Positions 37,421-46,517 of a DNA stretch of 64,000 nucleotides are shown here, piece after piece. Positions within the stretch are counted from its first letter, which is position 1. Each line of letters opens with the position of its first letter. The position numbers were made by a program, and so were the translations under genes. The notes beneath the pieces were generated by a model. The model saw only the letters and a list, made by a program, of their open reading frames with translations, was not told where the DNA came from and ran no database searches. The stretch is from contig OZ253462.1 of assembly GCA_965261395.1 (NCBI GenBank), positions 768,001 to 832,000 on the forward strand, written 5' to 3'. The stretch is from Candidatus Latescibacterota bacterium (GTDB taxonomy: Bacteria; Latescibacterota; UBA2968; UBA8231).

Positions 37421-38094
37421 GCCGCTAATTGTGCCTCGTATGCGATAGCATCGCACACTTCCCTAGTAGTGGCATCGTACCACCAAGCGACCCGGTCCAT
37501 GTCTTGCTCAGCTCGATAGGTGCGGCTCAGTAGACGGGTGCGGACACCGCTGGGATTGCATATCGGTGCTCCGAAACTACGAGTAGGTTCGATGATGACT
37601 GTGCTCTCCCGGCCCATAGGATGCCAACGCACCGGGGCACCTGTTTCCGAAAAATCTAGCTCGTTGTCGGGCAGAACAGTCCTGACGAAGTCCTTAAAGT
37701 ACTGCTCGTCGGTGACGATGTCATGCAGTGCTGCTTCTTCCACTTGTTGGAGGATACGGCGGCCATCTGTACGAAAGCTGCGCTGCGAAAATGGATGCGA
37801 ATGGCCCGTGATCTGAGCTGCTTTGTGCGAGGCAATGCGCAAGGTCGGCCACGGTACCCCCTTCTCGCGAAAACTCCGCAAGGCTCGGACTTCGATAAGA
37901 TCGACAAAGCGCAAGATAGGGCTTTCCCCCGCCTCCGTTGAATCGAACACGGGCGGCAACTTGTGGCGAAATCCATTCCGGGTGTAGCTATAACCTCGCG
38001 TCCAACGCCGAATGGTGCTGGCGGGAACACCCGTCAGCCGGGCCGCTTCCGCCACGCTATAGACGCCATGTCCGATATATAGGTAATCTGCCAT
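37417..38094 (-). CDS. HTH plus DUF433 antitoxin (VapB45-like)
   Basis: YSVAEAARLTGVPASTIRRW; IIEPTRSFGAPI...GVRT. Confidence 0.85.
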   Translation of the reverse strand: MADYLYIGHGVYSVAEAARLTGVPASTIRRWTRGYSYTRNGFRHKLPPVFDSTEAGESPILRFVDLIEVRALRSFREKGVPWPTLRIASHKAAQITGHSHPFSQRSFRTDGRRILQQVEEAALHDIVTDEQYFKDFVRTVLPDNELDFSETGAPVRWHPMGRESTVIIEPTRSFGAPICNPSGVRTRLLSRTYRAEQDMDRVAWWYDATTREVCDAIAYEAQLAA

Positions 38095-38221
38095 TTTGTG
38101 TTCCTTTATAGAGCGAGCTCTGTCGCCTCGAATCTACTTAACCGATTTTTGCAGGTCTGTTACCTTAAGATAAGTAGAGCTACCACGTCAATGCCACGCT
38201 GGCTTACACCTGCCTATCTCT

Positions 38222-39982
38222 TTACTCCTCGTCCGCGCCCACTCGGCGCATATATCTCGTGTACGCCCCTCGCAACGCTGCCCCCAGCACCAGCGCTAAT
38301 AATCCCCCGACCAGCGCCACGGTCCAGCGCCCCACGTAAAACCCCGAAAAGCCGATAACGCCCCCTCCCACGGCCACCGCACCGAGCAAGGCAAGACCCA
38401 AGCCGTGCGCGATAGGTGCGCCGCCACCGGTCTCAACACCCGCCTTGTGTGCGATCGGCCCCCACCATCCCATTGGCCGAGCCTCTTTGTAGAAGGCCAA
38501 GAGCTTTCCCTCTGGCTCTGGCTTGGTGCAAAGTGCCACCACAATCCAGAGCAAGCACGTCGCGGCAATCGACGAGAGTACCACCACATACGCCGCATCC
38601 TGCCCCGCGTCGATTAAATGGACGAAAACCACGTACTTATTCAATAGAAAGACTATCGGTCCGCCGAAAGAGGCGGCCAGTCGCGCCTTGCCGTTAAAGC
38701 GCCACCACCACCACTGGCCCCAATTAGCCGTCAGTTCGGCCGAGGAAAGACCGAGCATGAAGACCGCGATATCGATGACGTTCTCGGCCTGTAGCGCGAC
38801 CGCCAGCGAGAGGCCCATGATCGCCAGCATCACCACCCGACCGACACTCATGTAGTGCGCCATCTCAGCGCCGTGCTTGATAAAGCGCCGATACACGTCG
38901 TTGATAAAGACTTGAGCCCCGAAGTTCATGTTGGAGTCCACCGTGGACATGATCGAGGCGAACATCGCCACCAGCGCCAGCCCCAGAAGACCCGAGGGCA
39001 GGTAGTGGCCCAACAAGAGACCGTAGGCCAGCTCCTTGTCCATGCTGCCGTCGTACAGGCCCGGCCACTTGACCATCGCCCCCAGAGCGGGCAGAGTCAG
39101 CACCGCCAGCATTAGGAAGAGCGTGATCTCGGTCCAGATGTACATCCGCGTCGCCTCGCGGCTGTTGCGACACGACAGCAGCCGTTGGCCCTCCATCGCC
39201 CCAGCCATCGGGGCCACGTCGCCGCCATAGCCGATCGCGGTCCCCATCGTCCAAGCGATGATCCCCACCACCCCCAAAAGTTCGTGGCTCATCGGCGGAT
39301 GCCAGCTAACGACCCCTTCCCCAAACTGAGTTACCAGTGCCTGATAAAGCCCTGTCGGCCCGCCGAAGTCGGCCCAAACCAAGCCCATCAGCACCAGCGA
39401 GGACGCGATCATGATCGCGGTCTGGATCAAATCCGACATCACCACGCCCATATAGCCGGAGAGCACCACATAGACCAAGATGATCGGAATGACCAGCAAA
39501 AAGGTCTCAACGCGCGACCAGCCCAAGAGCGCCTCGGACACTTTCGTCAGCCCCAAAAGCCCTGCTCCGGTCCAAGCTACCACTGCGATAAAGGCACTGC
39601 GCAGCGAGACCCAAGCGCGCAGCTTCGGCGCAGCCGCACCGCCAAAGCGGAGCTCGTAAAATTCCGGCGAGGTAAAAATTTTCAACCGCCGCCAGCACGC
39701 GGCGAAGAGCAACCTACCGATCATCAGCGCCAGCCCGAAGCGGCTCAAATACCACCAGCAGATAAAGGTCTCGGTGATAACCGTCATGCCGCAGTACGCC
39801 GGTGCTACGTCGGCATTCATGCAGGTGACCGCATAGCTAGTGCCGCTCATCCACCCCTTCATCTTGCGCCCACCCAGGAAGTAATTTTCCATGCTCTCCT
39901 GGGCGAATCTCCTATAGTACAGTCCCATCCCCACCAAGAAGAGCATATAGAGCGCCATCAGCGCGTAATCTAGACCCGACAC
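38222..39982 (-). CDS. Sodium:solute symporter family protein
   Basis: ENYFLGGRKM, EFYELRFG, GVVMSDLIQ, ASIMSTVDS; many transmembrane segments. Confidence 0.92.
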   Translation of the reverse strand: MSGLDYALMALYMLFLVGMGLYYRRFAQESMENYFLGGRKMKGWMSGTSYAVTCMNADVAPAYCGMTVITETFICWWYLSRFGLALMIGRLLFAACWRRLKIFTSPEFYELRFGGAAAPKLRAWVSLRSAFIAVVAWTGAGLLGLTKVSEALLGWSRVETFLLVIPIILVYVVLSGYMGVVMSDLIQTAIMIASSLVLMGLVWADFGGPTGLYQALVTQFGEGVVSWHPPMSHELLGVVGIIAWTMGTAIGYGGDVAPMAGAMEGQRLLSCRNSREATRMYIWTEITLFLMLAVLTLPALGAMVKWPGLYDGSMDKELAYGLLLGHYLPSGLLGLALVAMFASIMSTVDSNMNFGAQVFINDVYRRFIKHGAEMAHYMSVGRVVMLAIMGLSLAVALQAENVIDIAVFMLGLSSAELTANWGQWWWWRFNGKARLAASFGGPIVFLLNKYVVFVHLIDAGQDAAYVVVLSSIAATCLLWIVVALCTKPEPEGKLLAFYKEARPMGWWGPIAHKAGVETGGGAPIAHGLGLALLGAVAVGGGVIGFSGFYVGRWTVALVGGLLALVLGAALRGAYTRYMRRVGADEE

Positions 39983-40162
39983 AATCCCTCCTTTGTACGG
40001 GAAGCAGCTAGTTTTTATGCCGCTCTCTATGCAGAATTAAAACGCCGCGTCAAGTTATGGTGCTAGCCTGAGTTGGGACAGCGTCGCTTGCAATCTGCAT
40101 GGCCAATTATCGTTATTCGTTACCAGCATATTGATCCTCTCTACAGCAAAAAGGCCCGCCTC

Positions 40163-41503
40163 ATGTCCGCACCTATCCTCCTGACCGACGCCCAAGTCCA
40201 AGCCTACCTGACCAATGGCTATATCACCGTGCAAACCGCTCACTCGCCTGCGGTCCACCAAAATATCCACCGCCAAATCGAAACCCTCTTCGCCACCGAG
40301 GGCAATCCCGGCAACGATATCCTCCCCAAAGTCCCGGACCTCTACCAAATCCTCCAAGATCCCGCCGTTGACGGTGCCCTCCAGAGCCTCCTCGGCCCCT
40401 CCTACCTCATCCACCCGCACCGCCACTGCCACCACAACCTCAGCGGGTCTGAGGGCCAAGGCATGCACCAAGACAGCTATGAAAACGACCAGAACGTCCG
40501 CCACCACCGCACCCGCTGGACCATGGCCTTCTACTATCCCCAGGACGTTAGCTTGGACATGGGACCGACCGCGATTTTGCCGGCCACTCAGTACTATAAT
40601 TCGTCTGAACAAGCCTACGAGCGGGAAGAATTACCCCTCTGCGGCCGGGCTGGAACGGTGACCATCGTCCACTACGACCTCTGGCACCGCGCCATGCCCA
40701 ACGCCAGCGACCGCGACCGCTTTATGGTCAAGTTTCTCTTCACCCGCATGGGTGAGCCGCGGGCACCTTCGTGGGACCATCGCGACGGCACTTGGCAAGC
40801 CGAAGGCACCGACCCGCCCACTGAGCTATGCCGCCGCGCTTGGGACTGGATGCGCGGTACCGATGGCACCATAGCCCCGACGGCAGTTTCGCTCGACGAG
40901 TTGCGTCGGGCACTAGACGCCGAAGCCGAAACCGAGCGGCTGCGCACCGTATATGCCTTGGCCGCTCGCGGCGAGGAAGCAATGCCCGTCCTCCTAAACG
41001 CGCTGCGCAGCGAGGCCGCTGTGCGTCTCGAAGCCAATCTAGCGAACGCACACACCAACCCCAGCCAACTCGACGCGGTTTTCGCCCTTTCCGCCGCTGG
41101 CCTCCCCGCTGTGCCCCACATGGTGGAATTGCTCGGCGAAAATGACTGGTGGCTGCGCGCCGCGGCCGCCGATGTACTCGGCGACTTGGGCACCACAGCG
41201 TCCGACACCGTGCCCCACCTCACCCGAGTCCTCGACGACGAGGCCGAGTGGGTGCGGCGCAACGCAGTCGAAGCACTGGGCAATATCGGTCCGGCCGCCG
41301 CCGAAGCCGTGCCCGCACTGAGCCGTCGCCTGCGAGATTCCGAGAGCTGGATCCGCCACAACACCGCACTCGCGCTAGCTAAGATCGGTCCGACCGCCAC
41401 CGAAGCTGTGCCCGCCCTGCGCAAAAACACAGACGACGAGGACCGCTACGCCCGTGCCAACGCGGCCGTGGCTTTGGAGCGCATCGGCTCGGCCAGCGTT
41501 TGA
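40163..41503 (+). CDS. PhyH dioxygenase fused to HEAT repeats (paralog of 23139-24581)
   Basis: EGNPGNDILPKVP, PHRHCH, MHQD, LWHRA; HEAT repeats such as DEAEWVRRNAVEALG. Confidence 0.85.
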   Translation: MSAPILLTDAQVQAYLTNGYITVQTAHSPAVHQNIHRQIETLFATEGNPGNDILPKVPDLYQILQDPAVDGALQSLLGPSYLIHPHRHCHHNLSGSEGQGMHQDSYENDQNVRHHRTRWTMAFYYPQDVSLDMGPTAILPATQYYNSSEQAYEREELPLCGRAGTVTIVHYDLWHRAMPNASDRDRFMVKFLFTRMGEPRAPSWDHRDGTWQAEGTDPPTELCRRAWDWMRGTDGTIAPTAVSLDELRRALDAEAETERLRTVYALAARGEEAMPVLLNALRSEAAVRLEANLANAHTNPSQLDAVFALSAAGLPAVPHMVELLGENDWWLRAAAADVLGDLGTTASDTVPHLTRVLDDEAEWVRRNAVEALGNIGPAAAEAVPALSRRLRDSESWIRHNTALALAKIGPTATEAVPALRKNTDDEDRYARANAAVALERIGSASV

Positions 41504-41658
41504 CGACGCCCTCCGGCACTACGCCGCAACGCTCGGCTTCCCGTCCCTTTCGAGCTATATCATCTTGCGCCTGTGGATGGAGCGCGAGGACCTGCAGCAC
41601 GACTAGCGAGGCGGTATGAAGGCCGAAGGCGATTGTAGAAACGGGGAGGAAGAGTAGG

Positions 41659-42003
41659 CTACAAGGATCCTTTGAACAGGATCGCGCTCATGGTGGACAA
41701 CCAGCTAGCTAGGACGATGCCGATGGTCCAGCGGAAATAGGTGTCGATCTTCTCGTGGAGCGTTTGAGCCGACGTGTCGATCTTCTCGTGGAGCGTCTGA
41801 AACGACACCTCCCGCTTCCCATCCGACGTGTCAATCTTCTCATTCAGCGTCTGAAACGACACCTCCCGCTTCTCATCCAGCGTCTGAGCCGACACATCCA
41901 ACTTCTCACTGACGGCTCGCACATCGCTTTCAATCAGCTCCAAGCGGCGGTTGATCTGCTGCAGCACGTCGCGGGTGGTTATCTCAGAGGTTTCAGGGGC
42001 CAT
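41659..42003 (-). CDS. Small coiled-coil protein with 11-aa repeats and C-terminal membrane anchor (DUF1640/Bdr-like architecture)
   Basis: SxQTLxEKxxx repeats, then FRWTIGIVLASWLSTMSAILFK. Confidence 0.7.
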   Translation of the reverse strand: MAPETSEITTRDVLQQINRRLELIESDVRAVSEKLDVSAQTLDEKREVSFQTLNEKIDTSDGKREVSFQTLHEKIDTSAQTLHEKIDTYFRWTIGIVLASWLSTMSAILFKGSL

Positions 42004-42201
42004 CCCAGTATTGCTCCTTGATTGGGGTTAAAAGTAGGCAACAGGAACAGACAAGCAAAACGCGAACCACCTTTTTTGTCTGACGAGCTCGCTGTTGTGT
42101 AGCCGCTTTCTGTATCTAATGGCAGACAATGTGATCCCTGCTCTATACAGCCGACCCTCCCCCTTGATAGCTGCCTGTCAGGCCCTATCTTGTTTGTCGC
42201 C

Positions 42202-43245
42202 ATGACTACAACCTTTCGCATCGGCGTCACCCGCGACTTTCTCAAGGCCGACGACACCCTCGGCTTCGGCGACATTGGTCTCGACTTGCTCGACGAATCC
42301 CCCAAGGTCGAGTGGGAGTTTTTAGCGGAAAATACCACCGAGCTGCGCCCCGACCAGATTCGCGGCTACGACGGCTTGCTGGTTCTCGCCTCGACAGTCA
42401 GCGCCGAGACCTTGCAGGGAGCAGACAAGCTGGCGATCATCGCCCGCTTTGGCGTCGGCTACGACAGCGTTGACGTCGCAGCTTGCAATGAGCAGGGCGT
42501 GCTCTTGACGATCACTCCCGACGGCGTGCGCCGGCCAGTGGCGGTCATGGCCCTGACGTATCTATTGGCCCTCAGCCACAAGATGCTGGCCAAGGATCGC
42601 TTGGTGCGCGAGGGCCGCTGGCACGAGCGCCTTGATTATATAGGCATGGGCGTCACGGACCGCACGCTGGGGCTGATCGGTCTGGGCAATATCGGCCGCG
42701 AGATCTGCACCTTAGCCACGCCCTTCGGCATTCGCTGCATTGCCGCCGACCCTTTCGTCGATACTGAACAGGCGCACGCCGCTGGTGCCGAGCTGGTCGG
42801 GCTCGACCAGTTGCTGCAACGCGCAGATTATGTCTGCATCTGCTGCGCCCTCACCGACCAGACCCATCACCTCATCGGCGAGCGCGAGCTCTCACTGATG
42901 AAGGAAAGCGCCTACCTCATCAACACGGCTCGCGGCCCCATCGTCGATCAGCAGGCCCTTACCCGCGCCCTCCAACGGGGGCAGATCGCCGGTGCCGGCC
43001 TCGACGTCTTTGAAACAGAGCCTGTATCCCAGGACGAGCCGGTGCTGGCACTCACCGACCAAACCATCGTCGCCCCGCACGGGCTTTGCTGGACCGACGA
43101 GTGCTTCCGCCTCATCGGCCGCAGCGCCTGCCGCAGCCTCGTCGAAGTGGCATCCGGTCACCTGCCCCTGTACCTCGTCAACCCCCAGACTGCAGAGCAT
43201 CCCCGTTTCCAAGAAAAACTGAACCGCTATCGAGCTATCGGATGA
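42202..43245 (+). CDS. D-isomer-specific 2-hydroxyacid dehydrogenase (SerA-like)
   Basis: ARFGVGYD, GLIGLGNIG, LINTARGPIVD, AGAGLDVFETEP, APH. Confidence 0.92.
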   Translation: MTTTFRIGVTRDFLKADDTLGFGDIGLDLLDESPKVEWEFLAENTTELRPDQIRGYDGLLVLASTVSAETLQGADKLAIIARFGVGYDSVDVAACNEQGVLLTITPDGVRRPVAVMALTYLLALSHKMLAKDRLVREGRWHERLDYIGMGVTDRTLGLIGLGNIGREICTLATPFGIRCIAADPFVDTEQAHAAGAELVGLDQLLQRADYVCICCALTDQTHHLIGERELSLMKESAYLINTARGPIVDQQALTRALQRGQIAGAGLDVFETEPVSQDEPVLALTDQTIVAPHGLCWTDECFRLIGRSACRSLVEVASGHLPLYLVNPQTAEHPRFQEKLNRYRAIG

Positions 43246-44024
43246 AACCCAATAAAGTCAAACGCACCCTCAAAGAGGGCGGCACGGTCATCGGCACCAT
43301 GACCTTTGAATTTTGCACTCCGGGCATTGCCCGTCTCTCTGCCGAGGCTGGCGCTGAATTCATTATGTACGACATGGAGCACACCGGCTGGAGCGTCGAG
43401 ACAGTGCGCGACCTGATCGCCACCACCAATGCCGATCACATTGAGCCTTTGGTGCGGGTGCCGGCGACCCAATACCACTTCATCGCCCGCGTCCTCGACG
43501 TCGGGGCCCGGGGCGTCATGGTGCCGATGATTAGCGACGCGCAGCAGACCGAGGTCATCGTGCAGTCGGGCAAGTACCCGCCCATTGGCCAGCGCGGCGC
43601 AGCCTTCCAAATCGCCCACGACCACTTCGCCGAAGGCTCCATCATCGGCAAGATCGACCACGCCAATACCGAGGGCCTGCTGATCGCTCAGATCGAAAAC
43701 CGCCCCGGGCTCGAAAACGTCGATCGCATCGCCGCGGTGGAGGGGATTGATGTGCTGTGGATTGGGGGTTTTGACTTGAGCAACTTCTTGGGGATTCCCG
43801 GGCAGTTTGACCACCCCGAATTCACCGCCGCCCTCGACCGCGTTGTCGATTCCTGCGAGCGCCACGGCAAGGCTGCTGGCTACTTGGTCAATACTATCGA
43901 GGAAGGAACGGAGATGCTGCGCCGAGGCTTTCGCTGCATAGCGTATGGCGGTGATTTATGGCTCTATCGCCGCGCCTTGGCCGAAGGCATCGAAGGGCTG
44001 CGGACGAGCGTCTGGCGGCGGTGA
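43242..44024 (+). CDS. HpcH/HpaI aldolase family
   Basis: DMEH, LDVGARGVMVP, KYPPIGQRG, QIE, GIDVLWIG..DLS. Confidence 0.92.
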   Translation: MKPNKVKRTLKEGGTVIGTMTFEFCTPGIARLSAEAGAEFIMYDMEHTGWSVETVRDLIATTNADHIEPLVRVPATQYHFIARVLDVGARGVMVPMISDAQQTEVIVQSGKYPPIGQRGAAFQIAHDHFAEGSIIGKIDHANTEGLLIAQIENRPGLENVDRIAAVEGIDVLWIGGFDLSNFLGIPGQFDHPEFTAALDRVVDSCERHGKAAGYLVNTIEEGTEMLRRGFRCIAYGGDLWLYRRALAEGIEGLRTSVWRR

Positions 44025-44083
44025 TCGCAGAGACGCTATCCGTTTGGGTTAAGGCCACTCAACACAAATCAGGAGGTGAGAGT

Positions 44084-44320
44084 ATGGACAATCGAATTAC
44101 TATTGATCCTCAAGTGTATCACGGCCAAGCCTGCATTAAGGGGACTCGCCTTCCCGTGCATCAAATCCTCCGGATGCTCGCCAACGGGGATACCATCGAA
44201 GACCTACTTCAAGAATATCCTTCTCTAACATGGGAAGATATCCTCGCTTGCTTCGACTATGCAGCCTCACTGGCTGAAGAGCAAATGGCCCCTCTTGAAG
44301 TTCTCTCGGGCGAGGTATGA
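44084..44320 (+). CDS. DUF433 antitoxin
   Basis: RITIDPQVYHGQACIKGTRLPV...EDLLQEYPSL; AGGAGG RBS. Confidence 0.9.
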   Translation: MDNRITIDPQVYHGQACIKGTRLPVHQILRMLANGDTIEDLLQEYPSLTWEDILACFDYAASLAEEQMAPLEVLSGEV

Positions 44321-44427
44321 AGATCTTGGTCGATGAGCACATCCCCCTCATGACGGTCCAAGCCTTGCCTATGATGGGGCATGACGTCCGCGAAAAAGAC
44401 GCAGAGAAAAGACGCAGGAACGACTAG
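44317..44427 (+). pseudogene. Truncated DUF5615 PIN toxin
   Basis: ATGA overlap; MKILVDEHIP...GHDVR, then unrelated sequence and a stop after 36 aa. Confidence 0.8.
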
Positions 44428-44436
44428 GGATCAGAC

Positions 44437-44589
44437 CTATACGCATAGCCGAGCTCGCCGCGATGTGGTCTTTGCTCTGTTGGTTGGGTGTTTTTCCAAC
44501 CGCTGTTCCACTCGGTCAATCACCTCGTGAATAACCGTGTGAGCCAGTTGGTTTGTGTCGCGTGATCTTTTGGGCTTATTCTTGGACAT
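44437..44589 (-). CDS. Small basic protein (50 aa, below the ORF-track cutoff)
   Basis: MSKNKPKRSRDTNQLAHTVIHEVIDR...; N-terminus resembles the small KRPRDxNQLA proteins I associate with IS1-like elements. Confidence 0.45.
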   Translation of the reverse strand: MSKNKPKRSRDTNQLAHTVIHEVIDRVEQRLEKHPTNRAKTTSRRARLCV

Positions 44590-44648
44590 GCTATAAATAT
44601 GGGTAGTGTCCCAACACCAAGTAAGCAGATTTCACAGGGAAGACTTAA

Positions 44649-44912
44649 ATGTATCTAAGCGACCTATTGGATGCTCTCGATAATGGTAAGCCTATTGAAC
44701 TGTCAAGACGTGAACTCATCGAGATTTTTCAAAAGCAGAAGCCCTTAAATGACAGCCAACGTCTCGCCTTGTTCCATAGATTGGAACTCCGCGACCGAGA
44801 CCGAGAGTGGCCCTTTGAGAAAGAACGCCTGACACAAAAAGAGGTAGCAGAGAAAACAGGTGTATCTCTTGAACTTGTGAAACAGTATGACGCTGGAAAT
44901 CTGTCCGTCTAA
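44649..44912 (+). CDS. Hypothetical protein with C-terminal XRE-type HTH
   Basis: LTQKEVAEKTGVSLELVKQYDAG. Confidence 0.6.
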   Translation: MYLSDLLDALDNGKPIELSRRELIEIFQKQKPLNDSQRLALFHRLELRDRDREWPFEKERLTQKEVAEKTGVSLELVKQYDAGNLSV

Positions 44913-45010
44913 AAGGTTGGCAACCCGTTTAATGGCATCAAGTATATAATTCCCATTTCAAAATAGGCGACTACCAGGAAATCTTAAAGCCCATAGAGAG
45001 GAAGAACCAC

Positions 45011-45229
45011 ATGAACAGAAAAGATTTTGATGCTTGTGCCTGTGAATTGTCTGATAGGGTTGGGGAGATTCGAATGGAGGTAAGTAAACTTGCCAAGAAG
45101 GCGCGTAATACCTCCTTAGAGGGAGCAGTGGGTTTAGATCCGGCTGCCGCCCTAGACGAACTGGATGAATTACTAGAGGAGGTCGCTAACTCCTTGTACG
45201 TGACCTTCAAAACCGAAGACGAAATGTAA
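45011..45229 (+). CDS. Hypothetical small acidic helical protein
   Basis: 72-aa ORF with GAGG RBS lying between two motif copies. Confidence 0.55.
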   Translation: MNRKDFDACACELSDRVGEIRMEVSKLAKKARNTSLEGAVGLDPAAALDELDELLEEVANSLYVTFKTEDEM

Positions 45230-45280
45230 AACCCATAACTTATCATTCCGGATTTCAAAATAGACCACTACCTCAAAATA

Positions 45281-45429
45281 GGTAGTGGTCTATTTTGAAA
45301 TTGGGCATAGTCGCTGGCCACGTCTTTATTGAGCCGCGCCGGGGCCGGTGGCCTCCCCTGAGCCTTGCTCGGCTGCTGGCTGCCGGTCGCCGCGATCGCG
45401 GCCGCTGAAAGTCAAAGAGAGACACTACC
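45281..45429. mobile_element. 149-bp MITE-like unit
   Basis: Starts ggtagtggtctattttgaaat, ends aagtcaaagagagacactacc; GC-rich non-coding core. Confidence 0.6.
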
Positions 45430-45525
45430 AAAAAAGGAGACCGCAACGCAATTAGCCGATCCTCGAACGAATTTCAAAAAGGATTAGACCTGTGGCTATA
45501 CTTCAGGCACACAAGGAGAGTTCAA

Positions 45526-45900
45526 ATGAACTACGAAGATATTATCCAAGACTTGAGCGAGTATGTCGAGCGATTTGATTGCAAGAAGCAATACAAGCGG
45601 AGGAAAACAATACTTCAAATATATCGACTATTAGACAATAGACCTTCGGGCGGCGATTTCCGAAGGCAGTGGGGTTGGGAAGTAGTAGGGGAAATTCGCC
45701 AAGCTGGTAAAGGTCCGGCAACGATTGTGAACGTAACCCCTGACGCACCGCACTACATAAAGTCGCTGGAAGGCGATACCCAAGAAAACTTCCCCATACT
45801 CCAGAACAAAATCCGTTGTAAAGCGTTTCGGCACGAAGCCAAAAAAGTGTTCAGAAACTATTTGTCAGCCGAGATAAAACAGCTTGAAGATGACGGCTAA
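45526..45900 (+). CDS. Hypothetical protein
   Basis: 124-aa ORF with AAGGAG RBS; no recognised domain. Confidence 0.6.
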   Translation: MNYEDIIQDLSEYVERFDCKKQYKRRKTILQIYRLLDNRPSGGDFRRQWGWEVVGEIRQAGKGPATIVNVTPDAPHYIKSLEGDTQENFPILQNKIRCKAFRHEAKKVFRNYLSAEIKQLEDDG

Positions 45901-45968
45901 TCAGGCAGGCAGATTTCAAATAGACCACCCATAACTTGACGCGTCATCTCACAACCGGAGGCAATGCT

Positions 45969-46517
45969 ATGAAGATCGCCAGTTACGTCCTGTTGGGCCT
46001 TTTATCTTGCGTCGAGGTCTTGGCCGGAGAGACCGCCTTTGATAGAGCCGTTGAAGCCTATCGGACCTACAAGAAAGCCCAGCACGCCTATTTTGAAGCC
46101 ATCGACGCCCACGAAGAAACTAGGCTGGCTTGGGATGCTTATTGGGCCACAGACCGAGCCGATGACGAAGCCCATAAGAAAGCCGAGGCCGCTTGGGAGG
46201 AAGCCAGAGACACAAATAAAGAAGTCAAAGGCGCCTATGCGATTTTTAGTATAACCGGAAAAGCTGCTTTTGAAGCCGTAGACGCGATTGAAGAAGTCAA
46301 GCTAGCCCTTGCCGCTTTTGATGAAGCCGAACGCGCCGTTGAAGACGCTCAAGATGCTTGGTTTAACGCCAAAGGCCCCCGTGAAGCCTATTATTTGACC
46401 GCCCTCAATGAAGCCCATGCCGCCCTTGATGAAGCCAGCGACACCTACCTTGCAGTCAGGGAAGTCTTTGATGAAGCCATCAAAAAAGCCTACGAGAGGG
46501 GCGAAAAAAACCATTGA
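45969..46517 (+). CDS. Secreted Ala/Glu-rich all-helical hypothetical protein
   Basis: GGAGG RBS; signal peptide MKIASYVLLGLLSCVEVLA; heptad-like aromatic/Ala periodicity. Confidence 0.65.
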   Translation: MKIASYVLLGLLSCVEVLAGETAFDRAVEAYRTYKKAQHAYFEAIDAHEETRLAWDAYWATDRADDEAHKKAEAAWEEARDTNKEVKGAYAIFSITGKAAFEAVDAIEEVKLALAAFDEAERAVEDAQDAWFNAKGPREAYYLTALNEAHAALDEASDTYLAVREVFDEAIKKAYERGEKNH

